Below the pieces are notes generated by a model. That model was given only the letters and a program-made list of their open reading frames with translations, was not told the origin of the DNA and ran no database searches. A stretch of 40,616 nt of DNA, taken from NCBI GenBank assembly GCA_038234255.1, contig JBBSUR010000001.1, positions 1 through 40,616 of the forward strand, read 5' to 3'. The stretch is from Mycobacteriales bacterium (GTDB taxonomy: Bacteria; Actinomycetota; Actinomycetes; Mycobacteriales; SCTD01). The position numbers and the translations under genes were made by a program. Shown piece by piece: positions 1 to 11,298 of this stretch (position 1 is the stretch's first letter; every line of letters begins with the position of its first letter).

Positions 1-85
1 CGCCGGGCTGTCCTTCGGGGCGCTGCTGCGCGAACTGCTCGAGTTGGCCGCCACCCGCGTCGACGTGGTGGCTCAGCGGACCTGA
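1..85 (+). CDS. 3' end of an unidentified CDS (partial, enters from window start)
   Basis: Open frame with codons from nt 2 (...[27 protein letters not shown]) ending at TGA 83-85. Nearly all codons end in G/C, as in real genes here. It converges on parB and overlaps its stop. No motif recognised. Confidence 0.3.
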   Translation, partial: AGLSFGALLRELLELAATRVDVVAQRT

Positions 86-1053
86 CCGCCCGACTCAGAC
101 CGATCGATCACCGCCACGATCCGCTCGAGGTCGTCCAGCGAGGCGAACTCGATGGTCACCTTGCCGCGCGACCGACCCAGATCCACCTTGACCCGGGTCT
201 CGAGCCGGTCGGACAGCCGCTCGGCGACCTCGACGAGTTTGGTCGGCACCGGTCGCCTGGCGGAAGGCCGGCGCGGCTCCGGCGAAGGCCCGTCGGGTTC
301 GTGCGAGGCCAGCTGCACGGCCTCTTCGACGCTGCGGACCGACATCCCCTCCGCCACCACCCGCGCCGCCATGACCTCCTGCGCCTCGGGGGTCGGCAGT
401 CCGAGGATCGCCTTGGCGTGCCCCGCCGACACGATCCCGGCCGCCACCCGACGCTGCACCGCGGGCGGCAGCTGCAGGAGCCGGATGGTGTTGGAGATCT
501 GCGGTCGGGAACGACCGATCCGCAGGGCCAGCTGCTCATGGGTGGCGCCGAAGTCAGTGAGCAGCTGCGCGTACGCCGCCGCCTCTTCCAGCGGGTTGAG
601 CTGCTCGCGGTGCAGGTTCTCGAGCAGCGCGTCGCGCAGCATGTCGTCGTCGGCTGTGTCGCGGATGATCGCCGGGATCGTGCCGGTGCCGGCCTCCTGC
701 GAGGCCCGCCAGCGACGCTCCCCCATGACCAGCTCGTAGCGCGCGGCGCCGTCCGGCCCGGCGCCGATCTCCCGGACGACGACCGGTTGCAGCAGACCCA
801 CCTCGCGGATCGAGCTGACCAGTTCGCCGAGCGCCTCCGGGTCGAAGAAGGTACGCGGCTGCAGCGGGTTCGGGGTGATCGACTCCAGCGGCAGCTCCGC
901 GAACCGGGCACCCGCAGCTGGACCCGCCGCGGCCGAGCCGCTGCCGGCCGACCCGCTGGGCGCGTCTGCCGCGTCACCTCCCGGCCGCGTCCCACCCGGG
1001 ATGAGGGCACCGAGCCCGCGGCCGAGCCCGCCCGTACGCCGTGGTGTGGTCAT
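73..1053 (-). CDS. parB: Chromosome partitioning protein ParB
   Basis: 326 aa. N-terminal [11 protein letters not shown] and a ParB box/HTH region ([13 protein letters not shown]...[22 protein letters not shown]). ATG overlaps the parA stop (ATGA). Confidence 0.95.
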   Translation of the reverse strand: MTTPRRTGGLGRGLGALIPGGTRPGGDAADAPSGSAGSGSAAAGPAAGARFAELPLESITPNPLQPRTFFDPEALGELVSSIREVGLLQPVVVREIGAGPDGAARYELVMGERRWRASQEAGTGTIPAIIRDTADDDMLRDALLENLHREQLNPLEEAAAYAQLLTDFGATHEQLALRIGRSRPQISNTIRLLQLPPAVQRRVAAGIVSAGHAKAILGLPTPEAQEVMAARVVAEGMSVRSVEEAVQLASHEPDGPSPEPRRPSARRPVPTKLVEVAERLSDRLETRVKVDLGRSRGKVTIEFASLDDLERIVAVIDRSESGGQVR

Positions 1054-1937
1054 GCGGGGCAGGCCCCCCGCTCGGCGATCTCCTGGGCGGCCGCCACGTA
1101 GGCCAGTGCGCCGCGTGAACCCGGGTCGTAGGTGATGACGGACTGGCCGTAGCCCGGCGCCTCAGACACCCGCACACTGCGCGGGATCGACGCGGTCAGC
1201 ACCGTCGGCCCGAAATGGCTGCGCACCTCCTCGGCGACCTGGTCGGCGAGGCGGGTGCGCGCGTCGTACATCGTCAGCAGGATGGTCGAGACGTGCAGGG
1301 CGCTGTTGAGGTGCGCGCGGACCCGTTCGACGTTCTCGAGCAGCTGCCCGAGACCCTCCAGCGCGTAGTACTCGCACTGGATCGGGATGAGCAGCTCCTG
1401 GGTCGCGACCATCGCGTTGACGGTCAGCAAACCCAGCGAGGGTGGGCAGTCGATCAGGATGTAGTCCACGTCGCTGCCCGCTCCAGCGCAGTAGGCCTCC
1501 ATGGCCCGGCGGAGGCGGCTCTCCCGCTCTACGACATTGACCAGCTCGATCTCGGCTCCGGCGAGGTCGATGGTGGCGGGCACGCAGCGCAGGTTGACCA
1601 CCCCGTCGGCCGGCTGCACCACCTCGGCGATCGGCACGTTGTCGATGAGGACGTCGTAGATGTTGGGCGTGCCGCAGTGGTGCGGCACGCCGAGGCCGGT
1701 CGAACAGTTGCCCTGCGGGTCCAGGTCGATCACCAGCACATTGGCCCCGTGCAGCGCGAGCGCCGCGGCGAGGTTGACGGTGGTGGTCGTCTTGCCGACC
1801 CCGCCCTTCTGGTTGGCCACGGTGATGACCCGCCGGGCGGCCGGCTTGGGGAAGTCGTAGCGCCCGCCGCAATTGCGAGCGCGGACGGCGGCGGCGGCCT
1901 GCGCGCCGATCGGCAGGTAGTCCTCGGCCTCGGTCAC
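1050..1937 (-). CDS. parA: Chromosome partitioning ATPase ParA/Soj
   Basis: 295 aa. Deviant Walker [26 protein letters not shown] start overlaps the rsmG stop (GTGA). Confidence 0.95.
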   Translation of the reverse strand: MTEAEDYLPIGAQAAAAVRARNCGGRYDFPKPAARRVITVANQKGGVGKTTTTVNLAAALALHGANVLVIDLDPQGNCSTGLGVPHHCGTPNIYDVLIDNVPIAEVVQPADGVVNLRCVPATIDLAGAEIELVNVVERESRLRRAMEAYCAGAGSDVDYILIDCPPSLGLLTVNAMVATQELLIPIQCEYYALEGLGQLLENVERVRAHLNSALHVSTILLTMYDARTRLADQVAEEVRSHFGPTVLTASIPRSVRVSEAPGYGQSVITYDPGSRGALAYVAAAQEIAERGACPA

Positions 1938-2653
1938 CGCCGGTCCCGGCGCTTGCTGGTCGCCGAGATGCCCCCGGGACGCATCGACGCTGCGGCGGCC
2001 GGGCGGGCCGGTGGCACTGCGCGATCCGCGCGGGTGACCACGACGACGCGGGCCTGCGTCAAGCCGTCCCCGACGGTGACCACCTGCGCCGCGGATGCAC
2101 CGGCGGCCTGGAGCGCGGCGCCGGCTCCGGCCAGCTCGCTGTCGGCCCGTTCGCCCTTCACCGCGAGCAGTCGGCCGCCGCGGTGCAGCAGGGGCAGGGC
2201 CCAGCCCGCCAACCGGCCCAGCGGTGCCACCGCCCGGGCGGTGACCACATCGACCGCCAGTGTGCCGGCCAACTCCTCGGCCCGGGCTCGACGGACCACG
2301 ACGGTCCGCAACTCCAGCTCACCGACCACCTCCTGCAGGAAGGTCGCCCGGCGCAGCAGCGGTTCGATCAGCACGACGGTGACGTCGGGTCGCATCGCGG
2401 CAAGGACCACCCCTGGCAACCCGGCACCGGAGCCGAGATCCGCCACGACCTGGCCGGGTTCGACGAGTTCCGCCAGGGCCGCGCAGTTCAGCAGATGACG
2501 TTCCCACAGTCGCGGCGCCTCCCGCGGTCCGAGCAGACCACGCTCGACTCCCGGGCCGGCGAGCAGCTCTGCATAGCGCTGCACGAGCGGCAGGGCTACC
2601 CCGAAGACGCCGGCTGCCTGCTCCGGAGCAGCGCCCAGGAGGACCTCCATCAC
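1934..2653 (-). CDS. rsmG: 16S rRNA m7G527 methyltransferase RsmG (GidB)
   Basis: 239 aa. SAM-binding DLGSGAGLPG motif. Conserved position between jag and parA. Start overlaps the jag stop. Confidence 0.9.
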   Translation of the reverse strand: MMEVLLGAAPEQAAGVFGVALPLVQRYAELLAGPGVERGLLGPREAPRLWERHLLNCAALAELVEPGQVVADLGSGAGLPGVVLAAMRPDVTVVLIEPLLRRATFLQEVVGELELRTVVVRRARAEELAGTLAVDVVTARAVAPLGRLAGWALPLLHRGGRLLAVKGERADSELAGAGAALQAAGASAAQVVTVGDGLTQARVVVVTRADRAVPPARPAAAASMRPGGISATSKRRDRR

Positions 2654-3186
2654 CCGGCGTCGGGCACGACCACCACGCGGCGCTCGGGCTCCACGCCCTC
2701 GGACTCGCTGCGGACGCCGTCCACCGCAGCAACGGCGTCATGGACCACTTTGCGCTCGAACGGGGTCATGGGCGCCAACTTCACCGGCTCGCCCGACTCG
2801 ACGCACCGGCGGGCTGCACGGGCCCCGATCTCGGTCAGCTCGTGCTTGCGCGCTGCGCGCCACCCGCCGATGTCCAGCATGAGCCGACTGCGGACGCCGG
2901 TCTCCCGCACGACGGCCAGCCGGGTGAGCTCCTGCACCGCTTCGAGCACCTGCCCGTGCGTGCCGACAAGCGCATCCAGCCCGTCTCCCACGATGGCCAC
3001 GACGGCCCGCTCGGCCTCGACATCCATGTCGATGTCGCCGTCGACATCGGCAATGTCGAGCAGGCGCTCGAGGTAGTCCCCGGCGATGTCACCCTCGCGG
3101 ACGAGCAGCTCCTGGCCGGTCGCGGCGGCCGGGGATGCGGTGGCCTGTCCGGCCTCGGTGTTCGTCTCGTTGCTCGACTCGGTCAC
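2650..3186 (-). CDS. jag: Jag/KhpB-type KH + R3H RNA-binding protein
   Basis: The track ORF runs to 3237, but about half of its first 17 codons end in A/T. From GTG 3186 onward the codons are G/C-ending. C-terminal R3H-like segment (PMTPFERKVVHDAVAAVDGVRSESEG). Conserved yidC-jag-rsmG order. Confidence 0.85.
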   Translation of the reverse strand: MTESSNETNTEAGQATASPAAATGQELLVREGDIAGDYLERLLDIADVDGDIDMDVEAERAVVAIVGDGLDALVGTHGQVLEAVQELTRLAVVRETGVRSRLMLDIGGWRAARKHELTEIGARAARRCVESGEPVKLAPMTPFERKVVHDAVAAVDGVRSESEGVEPERRVVVVPDAG

Positions 3187-3304
3187 GGGCTCGCGATGTC
3201 CTTCACAACAGGGTGGTCCAGCCGTACGGACGGGCACGCATCGAGGTGAGCGGTCGATCAGGCGTGTCGGTTCGTCGCCGGACAGGGCGGGGAGCCGTCA
3301 CAGG

Positions 3305-4450
3305 CTAGCGTCGTCCGCCGCGGCGGCTTTTGTTCTTCCGACTGCCCGAGGGGCGTCGGTTGGCATTCGCCGCGCCGGGCGCCCGACCCGGCGAGCCCGG
3401 CCGCGACGCCGTCCCCGTGCGTCCCCCGACACCGGCGGTCACACTTGCCTTGGACGTCGACGTCGACGCAGACGTGGATGCTGTCGCCGACTCCTCGGTG
3501 GTCTGGGTGGAGCCGGCCACGGGCCCGTCATCGGTTTCGGCGGAGCTCCCCTTCGGGGGCTTACCCGCCTTGCCGCCGCCCTTGCCGCCGCCACCCTTGC
3601 CGCCACCCTTGCCGCCGCCCTGGGGACTGTCCGGCCCCGTGCTGTCCGAGCTGCCCCCCGTCAGGCCCCCCGCGCCGGGGGCGAAGTTGACCGGCGGCAT
3701 CCGCTTGATCACCCACGCCTGCTGACCCATCGACCAGACGTTGGTGGTCAGCCAGTAGAGCAGGACGCCGATCGGGAAGAACGTCCCGGAGACTGCGAAC
3801 GACAGCGGGAGCGCGTACAGGAGCAGCTTCTGGATCATGAGCTGCTGCGGGTCGGTCGTGCCCGAGCGCGCGATCATCTGGCGCTGCGTCCAGAACGTCG
3901 TCGCGCCCATCAGCACGACCATCACGGCCGCGACGATCCGGACCGTCGTGAGGTCTCCGTCTAGCTGGGACAGCAGCTCCCGGGGGCTGTTGAAGGCGGC
4001 CGAGATCGGCGCGCCGAAGACCTTGGCCTTGCCGCCCTCCTCGAGCAGCTGCGCCGACAGGCCGTACCGCGGCGCGGCCCCCGGCTTGAACTCGCGGATC
4101 ACCGAGAACAACGCGAAGAAGACGGGTAGCTGGAGGATCAGAGGTAGGCAACCCGAGATCGGGTTGGCGTTGTTCTCCTTGTACAGCTTCATCATCTCGG
4201 TGTTCATCGTCTCGCGGTCGCCCTTGTGCGCCTTCTGCAGCTCCTTGATCTTGGGCGCGAGCTGCTGCATCCGGCGCTGGCTCTTGATCTGCTTGACGAA
4301 CAGCGGGAACAGCAGCAACCGGACGGTCACCGTGAGCAGCACGATCGACAGCGCCCAGGCGGGCCCGCTCGACGGCTTCAGGAACGTCGACAGTCCCTGG
4401 TGGATGAAGGCCAGCAGGTGGCCGACCGGACTGGCCAGGATGCTCAGCAC
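3305..4450 (-). CDS. yidC: Membrane protein insertase YidC
   Basis: The track ORF extends to 4660 across yidD. GTG at 4450 ([15 protein letters not shown]...) overlaps the yidD stop (GTGCTGA). YidC/Oxa1 core ([35 protein letters not shown]). Long Gly/Lys/Ser-rich basic C-terminal tail. Confidence 0.9.
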   Translation of the reverse strand: MLSILASPVGHLLAFIHQGLSTFLKPSSGPAWALSIVLLTVTVRLLLFPLFVKQIKSQRRMQQLAPKIKELQKAHKGDRETMNTEMMKLYKENNANPISGCLPLILQLPVFFALFSVIREFKPGAAPRYGLSAQLLEEGGKAKVFGAPISAAFNSPRELLSQLDGDLTTVRIVAAVMVVLMGATTFWTQRQMIARSGTTDPQQLMIQKLLLYALPLSFAVSGTFFPIGVLLYWLTTNVWSMGQQAWVIKRMPPVNFAPGAGGLTGGSSDSTGPDSPQGGGKGGGKGGGGKGGGKAGKPPKGSSAETDDGPVAGSTQTTEESATASTSASTSTSKASVTAGVGGRTGTASRPGSPGRAPGAANANRRPSGSRKNKSRRGGRR

Positions 4451-4728
4451 GAATCGGCTCCGGTGCGTCGGTGCGGGCGGCGGGGAGTGCGCTCCATGGT
4501 CACCCACGAAGGACGTACGGGGGGTACCGGGTCGTGCCCGCCGGGGTGGAACGGGTGACAACGCAGCACCCGGCGCAGGCTCAGCCAACTGCCGCGCCGA
4601 CCCCCGTGCACGGTCAGCGCGCCCGCGGCATAGGCGCTGCAGCTCGGTGCGAACCGACACCGAGGCCCGAGCAGCGGGCTAACCCAGCGCCGGTAACCGG
4701 CGACCAGCGCCAGGAGCACCCGGGTCAC
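4444..4728 (-). CDS. yidD: Membrane protein insertion efficiency factor YidD
   Basis: 94 aa. Signature [11 protein letters not shown]...[17 protein letters not shown] overlaps the rnpA stop (GTGA). Confidence 0.9.
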   Translation of the reverse strand: MTRVLLALVAGYRRWVSPLLGPRCRFAPSCSAYAAGALTVHGGRRGSWLSLRRVLRCHPFHPGGHDPVPPVRPSWVTMERTPRRPHRRTGADSC

Positions 4729-5102
4729 CGCAGCACCGCGGTCACCGAGGGCCGCGGCGGACGAAGCGCCGACCCCAGCGCTGCATCGAGGTCGGTGGCA
4801 AGCGCCGCGCTCGGGGCGCTGCCGGCGCGGGCAGAGGCGCGGACGACGACCCGAGCACCCGAGGGCAGGCCGTCCAGGCGATCTCCCAGCAGGTGCCGAA
4901 GCCGGCGGGAGGTGCGGTGACGCAGGACCGACCCGCCGACTACCTTGCTCACCACCAGGCCGACCCGGGGCGGGGCTGCCGGTTCCGCTCCGGCGCCGAG
5001 CAGCGCATGCACGGTCAGCAGTGGTCGGGAGGCGCGGCGCCCACGGCGTACGACCTCGGAGAAGTCGACCGGCCGGTGCAGGCGGGCAGCGCTCGGCAGC
5101 AC
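4725..5102 (-). CDS. rnpA: Ribonuclease P protein component
   Basis: 125 aa basic protein ([25 protein letters not shown]). Canonical position downstream of rpmH and upstream of yidD. Confidence 0.85.
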   Translation of the reverse strand: MLPSAARLHRPVDFSEVVRRGRRASRPLLTVHALLGAGAEPAAPPRVGLVVSKVVGGSVLRHRTSRRLRHLLGDRLDGLPSGARVVVRASARAGSAPSAALATDLDAALGSALRPPRPSVTAVLR

Positions 5103-5180
5103 GGTGGACCTCCCGACGGCGTCAGTGCAGGGTTTCGGGTCAGCAGGGTTTCGGGTCAGCAGGCGTCAGTCGGCGCAGGA

Positions 5181-5318
5181 TCAGGCCGACAGTTCGGTGC
5201 GGCCCTTGCGACGACGGCCGGCAAGGATGGCGCGGCCCGCCCGGGTCCGCATGCGCAGCCGGAAGCCGTGGGTCTTGGCACGACGACGGTTGTTCGGCTG
5301 GAAGGTGCGCTTGCTCAC
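5181..5318 (-). CDS. rpmH: 50S ribosomal protein L34
   Basis: 45 aa from GTG 5318: [45 protein letters not shown], a near-invariant L34 sequence. The track ORF (to 5441) is an upstream over-extension. Confidence 0.95.
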   Translation of the reverse strand: MSKRTFQPNNRRRAKTHGFRLRMRTRAGRAILAGRRRKGRTELSA

Positions 5319-5684
5319 GACGGGGCTCGCTCTCGAGGGGCCAGACGGTGGTGCCAGCGGGGGGTGCCGGCGGGGGTTGCCAGCGGGGTGGGCGCGGGCA
5401 CAGACCACCTCCACGGTACGTAAGCCCGCCGAGAGGGTCAAACATCATGGCCGGACACGCCGACGTGGGGCACCGGACGGTCGATAGTTGGGCCCGAAGC
5501 CTTGCCCCTGCAGGGCACTGCTGTTACCGTCGCCGCCGCCGGACGTTCGCGTTCCGCTTCCCTGACAGACGTGTTGCCCGGCGCGTGTTGCCCGGGACGT
5601 GCGCCGGCTGTGGGAGAGGTCGGACGGTCTGTGCGACGGTTCGGGTCCGGCCTCCACCGCTACAGATCTTGCGTCTCCACAGGC

Positions 5685-5705
5685 TGTGGACAGCCGTGTG
5701 GACAA
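5685..5705. promoter_or_regulatory. Two DnaA boxes upstream of dnaA (putative autoregulatory sites)
   Basis: TGTGGACAG (5685-5693) and TGTGGACAA (5697-5705). The second is the exact reverse complement of the actinobacterial consensus TTGTCCACA. They lie ~100 nt upstream of the preferred dnaA start. Confidence 0.6.
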
Positions 5706-5806
5706 TGCGCCCTCGGGGGAGCATGGTCGCAGCCCAGCGGTCCTCGAGTTGGTCCGTCGCGACGCCCCAACCGGGTCGTCGCCCCGACGACGTCGAGGAC
5801 GCGCTC

Positions 5807-7426
5807 GTGACCGACCACGACCCCCACAGCGACGAATCCCAGGAGTCGCTTGAGTTGGTGTGGTCCCAGGCGGTGGCCCGGCTCTGCGACGGTGAACTGT
5901 CCCCGCAGCACTGCGCCTGGCTCGGACTCACCCGGCCACTCGGCCTGGTCGGGGACACCGCGCTGCTGGCCGCACCCAACGAGTTCGCCAAGGAGGTGCT
6001 GGACAGCCGACTCCGGCCGACGATCGCGCAGGCGCTCTCGACGGCGTACGGGCGTGATATCCAGGTCGCCGTCACGGTGCAGCCTGCTCCCCTGGACTCC
6101 GGGACGGAGCCCGCTACCGCGCTGCCCTATCCGACCAGTGCGGGGGAATGCTCCTTCTCCGGAGGAGACGACCGCGGCGCCGGAGGGGACGACCGCGGGA
6201 CCTACGTCGGGGCGTTCGGCGGCCGCGGACACGATGTGCCGGACGACCCGGCGTTCGACCCGTTCTCCGGACGAGCCCGGGACGAGCCCGACCGCTACGA
6301 CGACGAGTCCTCCCGGGACCGCCCTCTGAACAACGTCCGCCGGCTTCCCGGCCGCTCCGGGCTACCCGCCGCGCGGGGACCGGCCGAGCCGGCCCGGCTG
6401 AACCCCAAGTACGCCTTCGAGACGTTCGTCATCGGCGCGTCCAACCGCTTCGCCCATGCGGCCGCGGTGGCGGTCGCTGAAGCGCCGGCCAAGGCCTACA
6501 ACCCGCTGTTCATCTACGGCGAGAGCGGGCTCGGCAAGACCCACCTGCTGCACGCGATCGGGCATTACGCCCAGCACCTGTTCGCCAGCGCCCGGGTGCG
6601 CTACGTGAGTTCCGAGGAGTTCACCAACGACTTCATCAACTCCATCCGGGACGGCAAGGCCGAGACCTTCCGGCGCCGCTACCGCGAGGTCGACATCCTG
6701 CTGGTGGACGACATCCAGTTCCTCGAACACAAGGAAGGCACCCAGGAGGAGTTCTTCCACACCTTCAACACGCTGCACAACGCCAACAAGCAGATCGTCA
6801 TCAGCTCCGACCGTCCGCCTAAACAGCTCTCGACGCTGGAGGACCGGCTGCGCACCCGGTTCGAATGGGGGCTGATCACCGACGTCCAACCGCCCGACCT
6901 CGAGACGCGCATCGCCATCCTGCGCAAGAAAGCCGCCCAGGACCGCCTGGCCGCGCCGGCCGACGTGCTGGAGTTCATCGCCTCCAAGATCTCCCGGAAC
7001 ATCCGTGAGCTCGAGGGAGCCCTGATCCGGGTGACGGCGTTCGCGTCGCTGAATCGGCAGCTGGTCGACCTCGCGCTCGCCGAGGTGGTCTTGAAGGACC
7101 TGATCCCGGCGGAGGGCGGGCCCGAGATCACCGGGGCGACGATCATGGCCGCCACCGCCGAGTACTTCGGCCTGACGATGGAGGACCTGTGCGGGTCGTC
7201 GCGTTCCCGGATGCTGGTGACTGCCCGGCAGATCGCGATGTATCTGTGCCGGGAGCTCACCGACCTGTCCCTGCCCAAGATCGGGCAGATGTTCGGGGGC
7301 CGCGACCACACCACGGTCATCCACGCCGACCGCAAGATCCGGGCCCAGATGCCGGAACGTCGCGCCACCTGGAACCAGGTCGCCGAACTCACCAACCGGA
7401 TCAAGACCCGGTCGCGACAGGGGTGA
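5807..7426 (+). CDS. dnaA: Chromosomal replication initiator DnaA
   Basis: Walker [17 protein letters not shown]+ domain and C-terminal DNA-binding domain ([15 protein letters not shown]). GTG 5807 has GAGGA 7 nt upstream. In-frame ATG 5723 is an alternative start with a poorly spaced SD. The track ORF from 5021 crosses rpmH/rnpA and the DnaA boxes. Confidence 0.9.
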   Translation: MTDHDPHSDESQESLELVWSQAVARLCDGELSPQHCAWLGLTRPLGLVGDTALLAAPNEFAKEVLDSRLRPTIAQALSTAYGRDIQVAVTVQPAPLDSGTEPATALPYPTSAGECSFSGGDDRGAGGDDRGTYVGAFGGRGHDVPDDPAFDPFSGRARDEPDRYDDESSRDRPLNNVRRLPGRSGLPAARGPAEPARLNPKYAFETFVIGASNRFAHAAAVAVAEAPAKAYNPLFIYGESGLGKTHLLHAIGHYAQHLFASARVRYVSSEEFTNDFINSIRDGKAETFRRRYREVDILLVDDIQFLEHKEGTQEEFFHTFNTLHNANKQIVISSDRPPKQLSTLEDRLRTRFEWGLITDVQPPDLETRIAILRKKAAQDRLAAPADVLEFIASKISRNIRELEGALIRVTAFASLNRQLVDLALAEVVLKDLIPAEGGPEITGATIMAATAEYFGLTMEDLCGSSRSRMLVTARQIAMYLCRELTDLSLPKIGQMFGGRDHTTVIHADRKIRAQMPERRATWNQVAELTNRIKTRSRQG

Positions 7427-7760
7427 GCAACTCCGTGATCTCTGCACAGTGTGGGGACAAGTGTGTGGACAACGACCCGGATAGCGGTGCCGACCGGTGG
7501 ACGACGCCGGTACGAGTGGCCACTGTCCCCAGCGATCCACCCCACAGGTGTTGGCTGTCCACATTGAGTTCACACGGCGCCGCGCCGAGTCACCAGCACG
7601 GACACCTGTTGTCCACAGGGTCGCTGACCCCTACCACCACGACGAGTAATTCCCCCTCGAAGATCATCACCCCGGTTCAAGGACCGACCTCGCTGTGGAC
7701 AGCCAGATCTGGCAGGCTCCAGGCCACATCGCACCACCGGCCGCTAAGAGGGGACTGGGC
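7427..7760. other. oriC (dnaA-dnaN intergenic replication origin)
   Basis: Perfect DnaA boxes at 7464-7472 (TGTGGACAA) and 7609-7617 (TTGTCCACA). 8/9 boxes at 7452-7460, 7555-7563 and 7693-7701, with weaker ones at 7497-7505 and 7523-7531. Locally A/T-richer stretch at ~7641-7670. Canonical dnaA-dnaN location. Confidence 0.8.
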
Positions 7761-8903
7761 GTGGAGCTGAGAGTCGAGCGGGACGCGCTTGCCGACGCTG
7801 TGGTCTGGACCGCGCGGTCGCTGCCGACCCGTCCGCCGATGCAGGTGCTCCTGGGGCTGCTGCTGGAGATCGATCAGGGTCAGCTGGAGATCTCCGGCTT
7901 CGACTACGAGGTCAGTTCCCGTGTCCAGGTGAGCGCGACCTGCGAAACGTCCGGACGGGTCCTGGTGCCGGGTCGGTTGCTGTCGGACATCGTGCGTTCG
8001 TTGCCGGCCGCTCCGGTCGAGCTGCGCCTGGAGGGGACTCGGGTGGTCCTCACCTGCGGCCCGGCGCGGTTCACACTGCCGACCCTGCCGGTGGAGGACT
8101 ACCCCGAGCTTCCGGCGATGCCGGAGCCGGCCGGCACCCTGGGCGCCGACGTGTTCGCCGCTGCGGTCGCCCAGGTCGCGCTCGCCGCCGGGCGGGACGA
8201 CACACTGCCTGTCCTCACCGGTGTCCGCTTTGAGATCGAGGGTGAGAAGCTCACCCTCGCCGCTACCGACCGCTACCGGCTGGCCGTGCGCACCCTCCTC
8301 TGGCGGCCGGTGGACGAGTCGCTGTCCACCACCGCGCTGGTACCGGCGCGGACCCTGGCCGAGACGGCGAAGGCGCTCACCACCGGCCCGGAGGTCGCCC
8401 TCGCGCTGTCCCCCGCAGGTTCGCCCGAGACGATGATCGGGTTCGAGGGAGCCGGACGACGTACGACGTCGCGGTTGCTCGAGGGTGAATTTCCGAAGTA
8501 CCGCAGCCTGCTTCCCAGCGAGAGCTCGGCGATTGCCGAGGTGTCCACCGCGCCGCTCGTGGAGGCGGTGAAGCGGGTGGCGCTGGTCGCGGCACGCAAT
8601 GCCCCGGTACGCCTCGGCTTCTCTGGCGACGGGGTGGTGCTCGAGGCCGGTGGGGCCGACGACGCGCAAGCCAGTGAGCAACTCGAATGCGGCTGGCAGG
8701 GCTCGGCGAGCAGCGAGCCGTTCCAGATCGCATTCAACCCGCAGTATTTGCTCGACGGGCTGGGCGCGGTGGACAGCGACACTACGACGATGTCGTTCAC
8801 CGGGCCGACCCGACCGGCGGTGCTGACCGGCAAGCGCGATGCCGACGGCGAAGGGGTGGCGGACTACCGCTACCTGCTGATGCCGGTGCGCCTGTCCGGC
8901 TGA
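7761..8903 (+). CDS. dnaN: DNA polymerase III beta sliding clamp
   Basis: 380 aa from GTG 7761 (VELRVERDALADAV...), preceded by AAGAGGGGA. The track start 7695 lies inside the last DnaA box region. Position after dnaA/oriC. Three-domain beta-clamp-like length. Confidence 0.9.
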   Translation: MELRVERDALADAVVWTARSLPTRPPMQVLLGLLLEIDQGQLEISGFDYEVSSRVQVSATCETSGRVLVPGRLLSDIVRSLPAAPVELRLEGTRVVLTCGPARFTLPTLPVEDYPELPAMPEPAGTLGADVFAAAVAQVALAAGRDDTLPVLTGVRFEIEGEKLTLAATDRYRLAVRTLLWRPVDESLSTTALVPARTLAETAKALTTGPEVALALSPAGSPETMIGFEGAGRRTTSRLLEGEFPKYRSLLPSESSAIAEVSTAPLVEAVKRVALVAARNAPVRLGFSGDGVVLEAGGADDAQASEQLECGWQGSASSEPFQIAFNPQYLLDGLGAVDSDTTTMSFTGPTRPAVLTGKRDADGEGVADYRYLLMPVRLSG

Positions 8904-9124
8904 TGGCCAAGGATGCGCGTTCGGCAGTACGACTCAGCGAGCGCCCGGCGACGAGCATGAGCGCGTTCATCACGGCCGTACCGGCCAGGGCGGATACCGC
9001 GCCCCGAGCCATCCGCACAGCAACGATCATGGTGCCGTCCTGCCCGGAACAGGCCGGTGCACGCGCGTGAACCGCTCCCGAACGACTGTGGTGGAGTAGG
9101 GCCACCGTCGGTCGAGGGAGCGCC

Positions 9125-10090
9125 ATGGGCACGCTGGGCATGATCGGGCTGGGTCGCATGGGGGGCAACATGGCCGAGCGGCTGCGCCGTGGCGGCCACA
9201 CCGTCGTCGGGTACGACCGCTCGGCCGAGAGCAGCCGGCAGGCGGACAGTCTGGAACAGCTCGTCCAGGCGCTCCCGGCGCCCCGAGTGGTCTGGGTGAT
9301 GGTGCCGGCCGGCCCACCGACGTACGCGACCGTGGACGCCCTGCGCGGTCTGCTCGAGCCCGGTGACGTGATCGTCGACGGCGGGAACTCGCGCTACACC
9401 GACGACCAGCGGCACGCCGCCGAGCTGGAGCCGACCGGTATCAAATTCGTCGACTGCGGCGTCTCCGGCGGGGTGTGGGGGCTGACCGAGGGCTACGCGC
9501 TCATGTGCGGCGGCTCGACGGAGGCGGTCGCGTTGGTGCAGCCGTTCTTCGACGTGCTCAAGCCGCCCGGCGACTCCGGTTTCGTCCACGCCGGTGCAGT
9601 CGGGGCGGGACACTTCGCGAAGATGGTGCACAACGGCATTGAGTACGGGTTGATGCAGGCCTACGCGGAGGGCTGGGAACTGATGCAGGCGACCGGTGTC
9701 GTGACCGACGTCCCGGCCGTGATCGCCAGTTGGCAGCAGGGCACCGTGATCCGCTCCTGGTTGCTCGACCTCATGGTCAACGCCTTGCAGCAGGACGACG
9801 ACCTGTCCGGACTCCGTGGCTACGCCGAGGACTCCGGGGAAGGCCGTTGGACAGTCCAGGCCGCGGTCGACCACGCAGTGCCGCTGCCGGTGATCACCGC
9901 GGCGCTGTTCGCGCGGTTCTCCTCTCGCCAGGACGACTCCCCGGCGATGAAGATGATCGCCGCGCTGCGCAACCAGTTCGGTGGGCATGCCGTCACCGCT
10001 GCGGCCGGGTCGGTGGAGAAGGGGGCGGACAGTCCCGGCGCGGACGTCGACGTGTCGGGTCCGGCGGTGGACCTGCCGCCGGCTGGCTGA
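9125..10090 (+). CDS. gnd: 6-phosphogluconate dehydrogenase (decarboxylating)-like, short form
   Basis: 321 aa. N-terminal Rossmann motif [15 protein letters not shown] and [14 protein letters not shown] motif. GAGGGAG SD. Same dnaN-gnd-recF arrangement as in Streptomyces. Confidence 0.85.
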   Translation: MGTLGMIGLGRMGGNMAERLRRGGHTVVGYDRSAESSRQADSLEQLVQALPAPRVVWVMVPAGPPTYATVDALRGLLEPGDVIVDGGNSRYTDDQRHAAELEPTGIKFVDCGVSGGVWGLTEGYALMCGGSTEAVALVQPFFDVLKPPGDSGFVHAGAVGAGHFAKMVHNGIEYGLMQAYAEGWELMQATGVVTDVPAVIASWQQGTVIRSWLLDLMVNALQQDDDLSGLRGYAEDSGEGRWTVQAAVDHAVPLPVITAALFARFSSRQDDSPAMKMIAALRNQFGGHAVTAAAGSVEKGADSPGADVDVSGPAVDLPPAG

Positions 10091-10092
10091 GC

Positions 10093-11298
10093 GTGCACGT
10101 CAGTCACCTCTCGCTCACTGACTACCGCTCCTGGCCGGAACTCGAACTCGCACTGGAACCGGGCGCCACCGCACTCGTGGGGGCCAACGGGCAGGGCAAG
10201 ACCAACCTCGTCGAGGCGCTTGGCTACGTGGCCACGCTCGGCTCCCACCGGGTCGCCACGGACGCACCGTTGGTCCGGGCGGGCGCGCAGCGGGCCGTGA
10301 TCCGGGCCCGGGTCGAGCGCGACGGGCGGGCCACGCTGGTCGAGCTCGAACTCAACCCCGGCCGGGCCAACCGGGCCCGGGTCAACCGTGGCCCCCTCCC
10401 CCGGCCCCGAGAGGTGCTCGGCATCCTGCGGACGGTGCTGTTCGCGCCCGAGGACCTGTCCCTGGTCCGCGGCGACCCGGCCGAGCGGCGGCGGTTCCTC
10501 GACGACCTGCTCGTCGCCAGTGCGCCGCGCTACGCCGGGGTACGGGCCGACTACGAGCGGGTGCTCAAGCAGCGCAACGCCTTGCTCAAGTCCGCCGCCG
10601 CCACGGGCCGCCACCGGCGAGCCGATGCCCCGGGCACGGACCTGCGCACCCTCGACGTCTGGGATGCCCACCTGGCCCGGTGCGGCGCCGACCTGCTGGC
10701 CGCCCGGCTGGCGCTGGTGCGCGCGCTACGCCCCCGGCTGGCCGCCGCCTACCGCGCCGTTGCCGTAGGAGGCCCGGCCGATCGGGTCGGTGCCAGCGGT
10801 GTCGATGAGCCCGGCCACCGGGGAGCGACCGAGGTTGTCTACCGGTCCTCGCTCGGCGACGCGATGCCCCCGGACGCAGACGCGCCGTCGCCGGACCGCG
10901 AGGTCCTGGCCGCCGCTCTGCTGTCCGAACTGGCCCGGATGCGCTCCCAAGAGCTCGACCGGGGCGTCTCGCTGGTCGGACCACATCGGGACGACCTCGT
11001 CCTGGGCCTGGCCGGCCTGCCGGTCAAGGGTTACGCCTCGCACGGTGAGTCCTGGTCGTGCGCCCTGGCGTTGCGGTTGGCGTCGTACGAGCTGCTCAAG
11101 GCCGACGGCGGTGAGCCGGTCCTGGTGCTCGACGACGTGTTCGCCGAGCTGGACGAGGGGCGGCGCAGCCGGCTGGCCGCCCTGGTTGCCGAGGCGGAGC
11201 AGGTGCTGGTCACCGCCGCTGTTGCGGCGGACGTACCGGAGGTTCTGGCCGGCAGCCGGTACGACGTGGGTGACGGGCAGGTGCGGCGTGTGCGATAG
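10093..11298 (+). CDS. recF: DNA replication and repair protein RecF
   Basis: 401 aa from GTG 10093 ([14 protein letters not shown]...). Walker [15 protein letters not shown] and Walker [12 protein letters not shown]. The track ORF start (9730) lies inside gnd. Confidence 0.9.
   Translation: MHVSHLSLTDYRSWPELELALEPGATALVGANGQGKTNLVEALGYVATLGSHRVATDAPLVRAGAQRAVIRARVERDGRATLVELELNPGRANRARVNRGPLPRPREVLGILRTVLFAPEDLSLVRGDPAERRRFLDDLLVASAPRYAGVRADYERVLKQRNALLKSAAATGRHRRADAPGTDLRTLDVWDAHLARCGADLLAARLALVRALRPRLAAAYRAVAVGGPADRVGASGVDEPGHRGATEVVYRSSLGDAMPPDADAPSPDREVLAAALLSELARMRSQELDRGVSLVGPHRDDLVLGLAGLPVKGYASHGESWSCALALRLASYELLKADGGEPVLVLDDVFAELDEGRRSRLAALVAEAEQVLVTAAVAADVPEVLAGSRYDVGDGQVRRVR

Noticed and set aside
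5021-5806. N-terminal 260-codon extension of the dnaA ORF
   Set aside because: It runs antisense across rnpA and rpmH and through the DnaA boxes and repeats. The sequence is Arg/Gly-rich nonsense. A start with a good SD exists at 5807.
8797-9201. Minus-strand ORF and a plus-strand ORF (8687-9070) in the dnaN-gnd gap
   Set aside because: Third-position G/C is only ~76% on either strand. Both overlap dnaN or gnd, and neither has an SD or recognisable motif.
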